NCBI RefSeq assembly: GCF_036507355.1
Contig: NZ_AP027877.1
Strand: one strand, 5' to 3'
Origin: Escherichia coli
GTDB taxonomy: Bacteria; Pseudomonadota; Gammaproteobacteria; Enterobacterales; Enterobacteriaceae
DNA: 64,000 bases
The notes beneath the pieces were generated by a model. That model was not told the origin of the DNA, made no database searches, and worked only from the letters and a program-made list of their open reading frames with translations. Made by a program: the position numbers and the translations under genes. Each line of letters opens with the position of its first letter. The first letter of the stretch is position 1. This document shows, piece after piece, positions 42,264 through 51,569 of this stretch.

Positions 42264-43004
42264 GTGGATAATATGCCATACATATGTTCTATCATTTTGG
42301 TGTTGAACTCGTTTGATGTCCGAATTGGTAAAGAAGATATTTTGTTTAAAAAAGGAAGTGCTGTTCTCATTGATTACAATTTAAAAGATTTTTTTTCATC
42401 AAATATAGATCATGTAATGATCGTAGATGTTGAAGAGAAAACAGTTAATGATTTCTTTAAAAGCAACACACTCTCACCTTTTTCTGTAAGAAGGTTTTAT
42501 CCGGCATACTTGATGGTGGAATGTGAAGATTTTTCATTGTTAAAGAACTTGATTGCATGCTTGAATTGTGATGGCAGAACTGTGGATTTTGTTAGAAATC
42601 AAATATCACTTGCATGTCTTGCTATCTTATCTTCAGAGAAAATAGTGCAAAGTTTTTTATTTGGATGTCTTAATAGTTTAGGAAGTAAAGTTAAGGCTAT
42701 TATTCACACGGATATATCTGCAGCATGGAGACTTTGTGATATATCTTCAAGACTGTATCTGAGTGAAAGTCTGTTAAAAAGAAAATTAAAGCACGAAGGC
42801 TTATCATTTAGTAAGTTAATTCTTGAAGAGCGAATGGTGATGGCGGAAAGGTTATTAAGCTACAATTTATATTCTGTTGGAAAAGTTGCTGAGATATGCG
42901 GTTATGAAAACACGTCATATTTTGTGAGTGTTTTCAGAAGATATTTTGGTGTTCCTCCCCATCAATATTCATCAAGATTTTTTTTAGAAAAAGACATGAT
43001 GTAA
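42264..43004 (+). CDS. AraC/XylS-family transcriptional regulator, AT-rich prophage cargo
   Basis: 246-aa ORF with C-terminal AraC HTH (…KVAEICGYENTSYFVSVFRRYFGVPPHQY…); strongly AT-rich gene and upstream region. Confidence 0.75.
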   Translation: MDNMPYICSIILVLNSFDVRIGKEDILFKKGSAVLIDYNLKDFFSSNIDHVMIVDVEEKTVNDFFKSNTLSPFSVRRFYPAYLMVECEDFSLLKNLIACLNCDGRTVDFVRNQISLACLAILSSEKIVQSFLFGCLNSLGSKVKAIIHTDISAAWRLCDISSRLYLSESLLKRKLKHEGLSFSKLILEERMVMAERLLSYNLYSVGKVAEICGYENTSYFVSVFRRYFGVPPHQYSSRFFLEKDMM

Positions 43005-43192
43005 CATGATGCGTTTTAATGATTTTGTAATTTTCGTATTTGATAATTGTATGATGCTTTCAGCTACGCCAGAATAATCGCTGGCGTTTTTCTTTTTGAA
43101 TAGATGTTCAAGCCTTACGCTAATGTAACTTCTATACCTTTCCTCTTCGTTCCGAACCGTGTACACCATCCGTTATTTGCGGAGGTGAGGCT

Positions 43193-43408
43193 ATGAAATC
43201 TATGGATAAGTTAACAACGGGCATTGCCTACGGCACCTCCGCAGGCAGTGCTGGCTACTGGTTTTTACAGTTGCTCGATAAAGTCACGCCCTCACAGTGG
43301 GCAGCAATAGGTGTGCTGGGTAGCCTGGTATTTGGCCTGCTGACGTACCTGACAAACCTTTATTTCAAGATTAAAGAAGATAAGCGCAAGGCTGCGAGAG
43401 GTGAATAA
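43193..43408 (+). CDS. Class II holin / pinholin (S21 type) with dual-start motif
   Basis: 71-aa [27 protein letters not shown]… (Met1 and Met4), two TM helices. Confidence 0.85.
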   Translation: MKSMDKLTTGIAYGTSAGSAGYWFLQLLDKVTPSQWAAIGVLGSLVFGLLTYLTNLYFKIKEDKRKAARGE

Positions 43409-43905
43409 TGCCTCCATCATTACGAAAAGCCGTTGCTGCTGCTATTGGTGGCGGAGCAATTGCTATAGCATCAGTGTTAATCACTGGCCCAAGTGGTAAC
43501 GATGGTCTGGAAGGTGTCAGCTACATACCATACAAAGATATTGTTGGTGTATGGACTGTATGTCACGGGCATACAGGAAAAGACATCATGCTCGGTAAAA
43601 CGTATACCAAAGCAGAATGCAAAGCCCTCCTGAATAAAGACCTTGCCACGGTCGCCAGACAAATTAACCCGTACATAAAAGTTGATATACCGGAAACAAC
43701 GCGCGGCGCTCTTTACTTGTTCGTTTACAACGTGGGCGCTGGCAATTTCAGAACATCGACGCTTCTTCGCAAAATAAACCAGGGCGATATCAAAGGCGCA
43801 TGTGATCAGCTACGTCGCTGGACATATGCTGGCGGTAAGCAATGGAAAGGGCTGATGACTCGCCGTGAGATTGAGCGTGAAGTCTGTTTGTGGGGGCAAC
43901 AATGA
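43408..43905 (+). CDS. SAR endolysin (lysozyme)
   Basis: 165-aa ORF with Gly/Ala-rich N-terminal signal-anchor-release helix ([18 protein letters not shown]); lysozyme fold. Confidence 0.85.
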   Translation: MPPSLRKAVAAAIGGGAIAIASVLITGPSGNDGLEGVSYIPYKDIVGVWTVCHGHTGKDIMLGKTYTKAECKALLNKDLATVARQINPYIKVDIPETTRGALYLFVYNVGAGNFRTSTLLRKINQGDIKGACDQLRRWTYAGGKQWKGLMTRREIEREVCLWGQQ

Positions 43906-44345
43906 GTAGAGTAACCGCGATTATCTCCGCTCTGGTTATCAGCATCATCGTCTGCCTGTCATGGGCTGTTAATCATTACCGTGATAACGCCATGACCTAC
44001 AAAGAACAGCGCGACAAAGCCACATCCATCATCGCTGACATGCAGAAGCGTCAACATGATGTAGCAGAACTCGACGCCAGATACACAAAGGAGCTTGCTG
44101 ATGCTAACGCGACTATCGAAAGTCTTCGTGCTGATGTTTCTGCTGGTCGTAAGTGGCTGCACGTCAAAGCAGTCTGTCCGGACAAGCATAAAACCACCGC
44201 CGCCTCCGGCGTGGATGATGCTTCCAGCCCCAGACTTACTGACACCGCTCAACGGGATTATTTCGTTCTCAGAGAGCGCATCGAAACCATAACTAACCAA
44301 TTGAATGGCCTGCAAGAATATGTGAGATCACAGTGTTCATATTAG
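43890..44345 (+). CDS. i-spanin (Rz-like)
   Basis: 151-aa ORF with N-terminal TM and coiled-coil periplasmic domain; overlaps endolysin 3-prime end. Confidence 0.75.
   Translation: MGATMSRVTAIISALVISIIVCLSWAVNHYRDNAMTYKEQRDKATSIIADMQKRQHDVAELDARYTKELADANATIESLRADVSAGRKWLHVKAVCPDKHKTTAASGVDDASSPRLTDTAQRDYFVLRERIETITNQLNGLQEYVRSQCSY
44095..44292 (+). CDS. o-spanin lipoprotein (Rz1-like), embedded in Rz in +1 frame
   Basis: Lipobox LVVSGC followed by proline-rich stretch (PPPPPAW); entirely within Rz gene. Confidence 0.7.
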   Translation: MLMLTRLSKVFVLMFLLVVSGCTSKQSVRTSIKPPPPPAWMMLPAPDLLTPLNGIISFSESASKP

Positions 44346-44383
44346 AAAAGTCTTATCATAAGATTTTTGTATATGGATGCATT

Positions 44384-44758
44384 ATGTCTCAATACGCTCA
44401 CGTTGCTTTAATCGCTTATCATTTGGTGGCTGATAGCTCAATGACTCCTCGTGATGCATGGGATGCAGCTATCGCAGAGGTTACAGAAAGCGAATCGTCA
44501 AGAAAGAAGATATGCCCAAGGGCAACATTTCTCGCCCTGGCGGATAGCGGTTACCTGAAGAATGTAAAACCACTGCATGGGGAGAAAAAGGGCGGTAAGT
44601 TGTACCAAAGGGCAATTGAAGTTGCGAATCTGATTCTTGATTTACCCGGAATCAGTAAAGCTGAATTGGTTGATAAAACTGGTTACAAAGACAGGCAAGG
44701 GTCTTATGACCTGATTCTCGCTCTGTATCATCATGAGCAACTCCAGCGATCGGAATAA
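44384..44758 (+). CDS. Hypothetical prophage protein downstream of lysis cassette
   Basis: ORF from ATG at 44384 (MSQYAHVALIAYHLVADSSMTPRDAWD…); family not identified. Confidence 0.45.
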   Translation: MSQYAHVALIAYHLVADSSMTPRDAWDAAIAEVTESESSRKKICPRATFLALADSGYLKNVKPLHGEKKGGKLYQRAIEVANLILDLPGISKAELVDKTGYKDRQGSYDLILALYHHEQLQRSE

Positions 44759-44875
44759 TTATCCCAGCATCAGTGTCAAAAATAGGCAGTGATACGCTAT
44801 TTTCCTGAAAATACTTTACTAACATTTTATGAGAATTATCCTAGTAATGTGTTTATTTAAAAGGAGTTTGGGTTT

Positions 44876-45079
44876 ATGAAAATTCTCTGGGTCATCAGTC
44901 TTTTGTGTAGTGCTATTGGATTTATTGAAGGAATCCTCGGGGTTTTCGGTGCTCAGAGTGCTCCACAACAGGCTGCAGGTGCAGCAATGGGAGTAGCATG
45001 GGCAGTTATTCCATATTGTATTTGTCGTGCTATCCAACAATTGCGCCCTCGAGAAGTCATTATTAAAAAGGAAGAATGA
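44876..45079 (+). CDS. Small two-TM membrane protein
   Basis: 67-aa ORF with RBS GGAG; hydrophobic helices MKILWVISLLCSAIGFIEGILGVF and AAGAAMGVAWAVIPYCICRAI. Confidence 0.45.
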   Translation: MKILWVISLLCSAIGFIEGILGVFGAQSAPQQAAGAAMGVAWAVIPYCICRAIQQLRPREVIIKKEE

Positions 45080-45144
45080 CCAGATCTTATCCGGTGTTTT
45101 TTCTGTCTAAGCCTCGCGTCGCGGGGCTTTTTATTGGAGCCAGC

Positions 45145-45495
45145 ATGCCACCACGAACACCAAAAGCCTGCCGTGTTCGCGGCTGCCGCCATACCACAAC
45201 TGACCCGTCAGGCTATTGCGAAAGCCACAAAAGTGAAGGCTGGAAGCAATACAAGCCGGGCCAGTCCAGACACCAGCGCGGTTATGGTTCGAAATGGGAT
45301 GTTATCCGTGAACGTGTGCTCAAGCGTGACAAAGGACTGTGTCAGTTATGTCTGCGTGGTGGTGTGGTACGTGAGGCGAAAACCGTTGACCACATCATCC
45401 CTAAAGCGCATGGCGGCACTGATGCCGACAGCAATCTGCAGAGCCTGTGCTGGCCGTGTCATAAGGCGAAGACGGCCCGTGAACGGTTGAAGTAA
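45145..45495 (+). CDS. HNH endonuclease (packaging-associated)
   Basis: ORF with Zn-finger CxxC…C and HNH motif …VDHIIPKAHGGTDADSNLQSLCWPCHKAKT…; immediately upstream of terminase. Confidence 0.8.
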   Translation: MPPRTPKACRVRGCRHTTTDPSGYCESHKSEGWKQYKPGQSRHQRGYGSKWDVIRERVLKRDKGLCQLCLRGGVVREAKTVDHIIPKAHGGTDADSNLQSLCWPCHKAKTARERLK

Positions 45496-45620
45496 GAACC
45501 AGTTCCCACTGCCAGAGGGGAGGGGCGGGTCAAATCCCTGTGACCTGACGTCTTCCGGACTGCCCGCCCCATCGTTTTTTTATACCCGCGAAAAATGAAA
45601 TTTAACCAGGAGTGCCGCAT

Positions 45621-46115
45621 ATGGCTGGAACGGCGGGGCGTTCCGGGCGTCGCCCCAAGCCAACGGCGCGCAAGGCGCTGGCCGGAAACCCCGGCAAGCG
45701 AGCCCTGAATAAAGATGAACCTGTTTTTACGCCCATCAAAGGTGTTGAGCCACCGGAGTGGTTCGCTGAAGAAGATCTCCCTCTCGCCACGATCATGTGG
45801 CAACTGACAACCAAAGAACTCTGCGGTCAGGGCCTGCTGTGCGTGACTGACCTGGCGGTACTTGAGCGGTGGTGTGTGGCCTATGAGTTCTGGCGACGTG
45901 CCGTGAAAAATATTGCCAGACAGGGCAACACCATCACCGGTGCAATGGGCGGTATGGTCAAAAATCCTGAGCTGACCGCCAAAAAAGAACAGGAGTCCGA
46001 GATGAGCAGTACGGGGGCAATGCTCGGACTCGACCCCAGCAGCCGCCAGCGTCTGATTGGCCTGGCGGGGCAGAAGAAAGCCACTAACCCGTTTCTGAAA
46101 ATTATCGAATCATGA
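45621..46115 (+). CDS. Terminase small subunit (P27 family)
   Basis: N-terminus [14 protein letters not shown]… typical of P27-type small terminase; RBS AGGAG. Confidence 0.75.
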   Translation: MAGTAGRSGRRPKPTARKALAGNPGKRALNKDEPVFTPIKGVEPPEWFAEEDLPLATIMWQLTTKELCGQGLLCVTDLAVLERWCVAYEFWRRAVKNIARQGNTITGAMGGMVKNPELTAKKEQESEMSSTGAMLGLDPSSRQRLIGLAGQKKATNPFLKIIES

Positions 46116-47845
46116 GCCGGAAATCTTACCCCAACGTAAATGCTGCCAATCAGTATGCCCGGGATGTCGTTCGCGGAAAGATTGTGGCCTGCCAGTTTGT
46201 GATTCAGGCCTGCCAGCGCCATCTTGATGACCTGATGGCGGAAAAAAGTAAGTCGTTTCGTTACCGCTTCGACAAGGACCTGGCTGAACGGGCCGCCAAA
46301 TTTATTCAGCTGTTGCCGCATACCAAGGGTGAGTGGGCATTCAAACGGATGCCCATCACGCTGGAGCCGTGGCAGCTCTTTGTGATCTGCTGTGCGTTTG
46401 GCTGGGTCAATAAAGGTACCCGGCTGCGCCGCTTCCGGGAGGTGTATACCGAAATCCCCCGTAAGAACGGCAAATCGGCAATCTCTGCCGGTGTTGCCCT
46501 GTATTGTTTTGCCTGTGATAACGAGTTTGGCGCGGAAGTGTATTCCGGTGCCACGACAGAGAAACAGGCGTGGGAAGTCTTTCGCCCGGCGCGACTGATG
46601 TGTAAACGCACACCCATGCTGACGGAAGCGTTCGGGATTGAGGTTAACGCCTCAAACATGAACCGTCCGGAGGATGGCGCGCGGTTTGAACCGCTGATCG
46701 GTAACCCCGGTGATGGTTCATCACCCCACTGTGCTGTGGTGGATGAATATCACGAGCATGCCACAGATGCACTTTACACCACGATGCTTACCGGGATGGG
46801 CGCGCGACGTCAGCCACTGATGTGGGCCATTACTACTGCCGGGTACAACATTGAGGGGCCGTGCTACGACAAGCGGCGGGAAGTCATCGAGATGCTCAAC
46901 GGCTCGGTGCCCAACGATGAACTGTTCGGGATCATCTATACCGTTGATGAAGGTGACGACTGGACCGACCCGCAGGTGCTGGAAAAAGCCAATCCAAATA
47001 TTGGCGTGTCGGTTTATCGCGAATTTTTGTTAAGTCAGCAGCAGCGTGCGAAAAATAACGCCCGTCTGGCAAACGTCTTTAAAACAAAACACCTCAATAT
47101 CTGGGTGTCGGCGCGTTCGGCGTATTTCAACCTGGTGAGCTGGCAGAGCTGCGAGGATAAATCACTGACCCTTGAGCAGTTCGAGGGGCAGCCGTGCATT
47201 CTGGCCTTTGACCTGGCGCGCAAGCTGGATATGAACAGCATGGCGCGACTTTATACCCGCGAGATTGACGGTAAAACGCATTACTACAGTGTGGCCCCGC
47301 GTTTCTGGGTACCGTATGACACGGTGTACAGCGTCGAGAAAAATGAAGATCGCCGGACAGCCGAACGCTTTCAGAAATGGGTGGAAATGGGCGTTCTGAC
47401 CGTTACCGATGGTGCGGAGGTGGATTATCGCTACATCCTCGAGGAGGCCAAAGCGGCGAACAAAATCAGCCCGGTCAGTGAGTCACCCATCGACCCCTTC
47501 GGGGCGACCGGGTTGTCACATGACCTTGCTGATGAAGACCTGAACCCCATCACTATCATTCAGAACTACACCAACATGTCCGACCCGATGAAAGAGCTGG
47601 AAGCGGCAATTGAATCGGGGCGCTTTCATCATGATGGCAATCCCATCATGACCTGGTGTATCGGCAACGTGGTCGGCAAAACCATTCCGGGTAACGATGA
47701 TGTGGTGAAGCCCGTCAAAGAGCAGGCGGAAAACAAAATCGATGGTGCAGTTGCGCTGATTATGGCGGTTGGCAGAGCCATGCTGTACGAGAAAGAAGAC
47801 ACGCTGTCTGACCACATTGAGTCCTATGGGATCCGCTCGCTTTAA
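46112..47845 (+). CDS. Terminase large subunit
   Basis: 577-aa ORF with Walker A (PRKNGKS) ATPase N-terminus and nuclease C-terminus. Confidence 0.85.
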
Positions 47846-47856
47846 CTGAGGTAATT

Positions 47857-48039
47857 ATGATCATGCTGATTCTCGCGCCTCTGGTGGGCGTGCTGGGGGC
47901 GCTTTTGCTGGCGTATGGTGCCTGGCTGATTTATCCCCCGGCGGGGTTTGTTGTTGCCGGGGCGTTGTGCCTGTTCTGGTCGTGGCTGGTGGCGCGATAT
48001 CTCGACCGTACACAGTCGTCTGTCGGCGGAGGTAAATAG
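47857..48039 (+). CDS. Small hydrophobic protein between terminase and portal
   Basis: 60-aa ORF, two predicted TM helices. Confidence 0.35.
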
Positions 48040-49280
48040 TGTTCTTTTCGGGATTATTTCAACGAAAAAGTGACGCACCGGTGACCACGCCAGCAGAGCT
48101 GGCGGATGCTATCGGGTTGTCCTACGACACCTATACCGGAAAGCAGATCAGCAGCCAGCGGGCCATGCGACTGACGGCGGTTTTTTCCTGTGTCAGGGTG
48201 CTGGCGGAGTCGGTCGGGATGTTGCCCTGCAACCTGTATCACCTGAACGGCAGCCTGAAGCAGAGAGCCACTGGCGAACGTCTGCATAAGCTGATCTCCA
48301 CGCATCCCAATGGCTATATGACGCCGCAGGAGTTCTGGGAGCTGGTGGTCACCTGTCTGTGCCTGCGGGGAAACTTTTACGCCTACAAAGTGAAAGCATT
48401 TGGCGAAGTGGCTGAACTGCTGCCCGTCGATCCCGGCTGTGTGGTACCGAAGCTTAACAGTAGCTGGGAGCCGATCTATCAGGTCACATTCCCGGATGGC
48501 TCCACGGATGTACTGAGCCAGGAGGATATCTGGCATGTGCGCACGCTGACGCTGGACGGACTGGTGGGGCTGAATCCCATCGCCTATGCCCGCGAGGCAA
48601 TATCGCTGGCAGCTGCGACCGAAGAGCACGGGGCCAGACTGTTCAGCAATGGCGCGGTGACGTCGGGTGTGTTGCGTACAGAGCAGACGCTGTCAGATCA
48701 GGCTTATGAGCGCCTGAAGAAAGATTTTGAGGAGCGTCACACCGGGCTTGGCAATGCTCACCGCCCGATGATCCTTGAGATGGGGCTGGACTGGAAGTCG
48801 ATGGCGCTGAACGCCGAGGACAGCCAGTTCCTGGAAACCCGCAAGTTTCAGCTTGAAGAAATCTGTCGTCTGTTCCGGGTGCCGTTGCACATGGTGCAGA
48901 ACACCGATCGCGCCACCTTCAACAATATCGAAGAGCTGGGGCTGGGATTTATCAACTATTCACTGGTGCCGTATCTGACCCGCATCGAACAGCGGATCAA
49001 CACCGGACTGGTACGAAAAAGTAAGCAGGGCGTTTATTACGCCAAATTTAACGCCGGGGCGTTACTGCGCGGGGATATGAAGTCCCGTTTTGAAGCCTAC
49101 GCCACCGGGATCAACTGGGGAATTTACTCTCCCAATGACTGCCGCGACCTGGAAGATATGAATCCGCGTCCCGGTGGTGATGTCTATCTCACACCGATGA
49201 ACATGACCACGAAACCCTCCGATGGCAGTAAGGCCGGTAAGCAGAAGGATAACGCCAATGCAGACGAAACAACGTCTTGA
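48039..49280 (+). CDS. Portal protein (HK97 family)
   Basis: 413-aa ORF; position after terL; family recalled from conserved core. Confidence 0.8.
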   Translation: MFFSGLFQRKSDAPVTTPAELADAIGLSYDTYTGKQISSQRAMRLTAVFSCVRVLAESVGMLPCNLYHLNGSLKQRATGERLHKLISTHPNGYMTPQEFWELVVTCLCLRGNFYAYKVKAFGEVAELLPVDPGCVVPKLNSSWEPIYQVTFPDGSTDVLSQEDIWHVRTLTLDGLVGLNPIAYAREAISLAAATEEHGARLFSNGAVTSGVLRTEQTLSDQAYERLKKDFEERHTGLGNAHRPMILEMGLDWKSMALNAEDSQFLETRKFQLEEICRLFRVPLHMVQNTDRATFNNIEELGLGFINYSLVPYLTRIEQRINTGLVRKSKQGVYYAKFNAGALLRGDMKSRFEAYATGINWGIYSPNDCRDLEDMNPRPGGDVYLTPMNMTTKPSDGSKAGKQKDNANADETTS

Positions 49281-49908
49281 TGTACTGCTGAGTCTGAAAT
49301 CTGTCAGTGACTCCGGTGAGTTTGAAGGGTATGGCTCCGTCTTTGGTGTAAAGGACAGCCACGATGATGTGGTGATGTCCGGGGCATTTGCTGCTTCCCT
49401 GCGGGCGTGGAGTGACAGAAAAGCGTTACCTGCGCTGCTCTGGCAGCACCGCATGGATGAACCCATCGGTGTTTACACCGAAATGAAGGAAGACGATGTC
49501 GGGCTTTACGTCAGGGGACGGTTGCTTATTGATGATGATCCCCTCGCAAAACGCGCACATGCACACATGAAGGCCGGTTCGTTAACCGGCCTTTCTATTG
49601 GGTACGTCCTGAAAGACTGGGAATACGACCGGAGCAAAGAAGCCTTTCTGCTGAAAGAAATCGACCTCTGGGAAGTCAGCCTGGTGACGTTCCCGTCTAA
49701 CGACGAGGCGCGGATCAGCGACGTCAAGAACGCACTGGCCCGCGGGGAAATCCCCGAACAGAAAAAAATCGAAAGAGTCCTGCGTGATGTCGGACTCTCC
49801 CGTACCCAGGCCAAAGCATTCATGGCCGGGGGCTATGGCGCACTGTCCCTGCGCGACGCTGAGGATGTGGGCTCTGCACTGAATGCACTGAAAAATCTGA
49901 ACTTCTAA
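49258..49908 (+). CDS. Prohead maturation protease (HK97 family, S78)
   Basis: MQTKQRLDVLLSLKSVSDSGEFEGYGSVFGVKDSHDDVVMSGAF… typical N-terminus; overlaps portal 3-prime end. Confidence 0.75.
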   Translation: MQTKQRLDVLLSLKSVSDSGEFEGYGSVFGVKDSHDDVVMSGAFAASLRAWSDRKALPALLWQHRMDEPIGVYTEMKEDDVGLYVRGRLLIDDDPLAKRAHAHMKAGSLTGLSIGYVLKDWEYDRSKEAFLLKEIDLWEVSLVTFPSNDEARISDVKNALARGEIPEQKKIERVLRDVGLSRTQAKAFMAGGYGALSLRDAEDVGSALNALKNLNF

Positions 49909-49922
49909 TCAGGAGAAATACG

Positions 49923-50582
49923 ATGGCGGTTGATATTAAAGATGTCGAACAGGTCGCGCAGGAGCTGCAGCAGAAGTTTGACGACTTCAAAGCAAAGAAC
50001 GACAAGCGCGTGGATGCGATTGAGCAGGAAAAAGGCAAGCTTGCCGGGCAGGTGGAAACCCTGAACGGGAAACTCAGCGAGCTGGAAAATCTCAAAAGCG
50101 ACCTTGAAAAAGAGCTGTTTGAGCTGAAACGTCCGGCAACGGCGTATGTCGAAAGCGGGGTGCTGCGCATTCAGCGTGATGTCACCACGTACAGGAAAAA
50201 TGCTTACGGGGTTGCGGATAACAGCTACCTCGACAGCGAGACGCTGCATACCAGTGCGTATGTACTGCGCAAACTGAAATCCGTCATTACCAGTAAGTAC
50301 GGGCGTCACAAGCTTGCCAGCGACGGTACCCGCTTTGGTCCCGGTCAGGCGATTGTCACCCCGGCGGTGATCAAAGGGGAACTGCTGGCAACCTACCGTC
50401 AGCTTGGGCGTGCGGGGATCGTGGAAAACTACGAACTGTTTAAGCAGTACCTGGTTGTGGAGCGTGATGCCAGCGATCCGAACCGCCTGAACACGCTGTT
50501 CCCGCCTGACTATGTTAACCAGTTGCGTGTCTTTGCCGTGGTTAACCAGTTCCGTCTTCAGTATTCAGAGGAGTCTGCATAA
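49923..50582 (+). CDS. Phage structural protein, probably a deletion chimera (capsid-like coiled-coil N-terminus with unrelated C-terminus)
   Basis: 219 aa where a ~380-aa major capsid protein is expected; first ~70 aa coiled-coil like an HK97 delta domain; followed directly by a tail tube gene. Confidence 0.35.
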   Translation: MAVDIKDVEQVAQELQQKFDDFKAKNDKRVDAIEQEKGKLAGQVETLNGKLSELENLKSDLEKELFELKRPATAYVESGVLRIQRDVTTYRKNAYGVADNSYLDSETLHTSAYVLRKLKSVITSKYGRHKLASDGTRFGPGQAIVTPAVIKGELLATYRQLGRAGIVENYELFKQYLVVERDASDPNRLNTLFPPDYVNQLRVFAVVNQFRLQYSEESA

Positions 50583-50938
50583 TGGCCCGTATCGGGGGAA
50601 CCTGTTATTTCAAAATTGACGGTCAGCAGCTATCGCTGACCGGCGGCATTGAGGTGCCCATGAACAGGACGGTCAATGATGACATCATCGGCCTGGACGG
50701 TTCAGTGGACCGCAAAGAAACTCACCGTGCGCCTTATGTCAAAGGGACCTTCAAGGTGCCGAAGAATTTTCCGGTGAGCAAAATCACCTCGTCTGATGAG
50801 ATGACCATCACTGCCGAGCTGGCAAACGGTCAGGTCTATGTACTGTCGTCTGCCTGGCTGCACGGCGAAGCGAACCATAATGCCGAAGAAGGCACGGTCG
50901 ATCTTGAGTTCCACGGTGAAGAAGGGGATTACCAGTAA
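50582..50938 (+). CDS. Phage tail tube protein (Mu-like, small)
   Basis: 118-aa ORF MARIGGTCYFKIDGQQLSLTGG…; size and position typical of Mu-type tube. Confidence 0.5.
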   Translation: MARIGGTCYFKIDGQQLSLTGGIEVPMNRTVNDDIIGLDGSVDRKETHRAPYVKGTFKVPKNFPVSKITSSDEMTITAELANGQVYVLSSAWLHGEANHNAEEGTVDLEFHGEEGDYQ

Positions 50939-51120
50939 TGAAAGAGCTTGAGTTAAAGAAACCGATTACCGCTCATGGCGAGACACTCTCCGTACTGGAG
51001 TTTGATGAGCCCACCGGGAAAGATGTCCGCGAGCTGGGATATCCCTACCAGATGAATCAGGATGAGTCCGTCAGACTTCTGGCGCATGTGGTATCGAAAT
51101 ACATCGTGCGGCTGCCCTGA
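50938..51120 (+). CDS. Tail assembly chaperone fragment
   Basis: 60-aa ORF …[26 protein letters not shown]…; shorter than usual and abuts the next gene. Confidence 0.4.
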   Translation: MKELELKKPITAHGETLSVLEFDEPTGKDVRELGYPYQMNQDESVRLLAHVVSKYIVRLP

Positions 51121-51566
51121 TGCGGGAGCTGGATCCGCGCACCACCACTGAACTGATAAACCGCTGGGAGCGTCTGTGCGGCCTGCCGGATGAATGTATT
51201 CCGGCGGGAACGCAGACCCTTCGCCAGCGTCAGCAACGGCTGGATGCGAAGGTTAATCTGGCGGGCGGCATCAATGAGGATTTTTACCTTGCACAGCTTG
51301 CTGCCCTGGGCAGACCAGATGCCAACATCACGCGATACGACAAAAGCACGTTCACCTGCTCATCGGTCTGTACTGACGCGGTGAATGCGCCGGAATGGCG
51401 GTATTACTGGCAGGTCAACATGCCAGCTGCCACCAACACCACCTGGATGACATGTGGCGATCCCTGTGATTCCGCACTGCGTATCTGGGGCGACACCGTT
51501 GTCGAGTGTGTGCTTAACAAACTCTGCCCGTCGCATACCTACGTAATTTTTAAATATCCGGAGTAA
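51120..51566 (+). CDS. DUF2313 (YmfQ / Mu gp48-like) baseplate protein, N-terminally shortened
   Basis: Cys-rich C-terminus (CSSVCTD…[10 protein letters not shown]…CPSHT) and …[12 protein letters not shown]… motif; precedes tail fibre gene. Confidence 0.55.
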   Translation: MRELDPRTTTELINRWERLCGLPDECIPAGTQTLRQRQQRLDAKVNLAGGINEDFYLAQLAALGRPDANITRYDKSTFTCSSVCTDAVNAPEWRYYWQVNMPAATNTTWMTCGDPCDSALRIWGDTVVECVLNKLCPSHTYVIFKYPE

Positions 51567-51569
51567 TTC

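Noticed and set aside
48054..50309. Antisense ORFs within phage structural genes (48054-48629, 48693-48890, 49062-49466, 49506-49823, 49820-50170, 49905-50309)
   Set aside because: All overlap better-supported plus-strand phage genes in a uniformly plus-oriented late operon.
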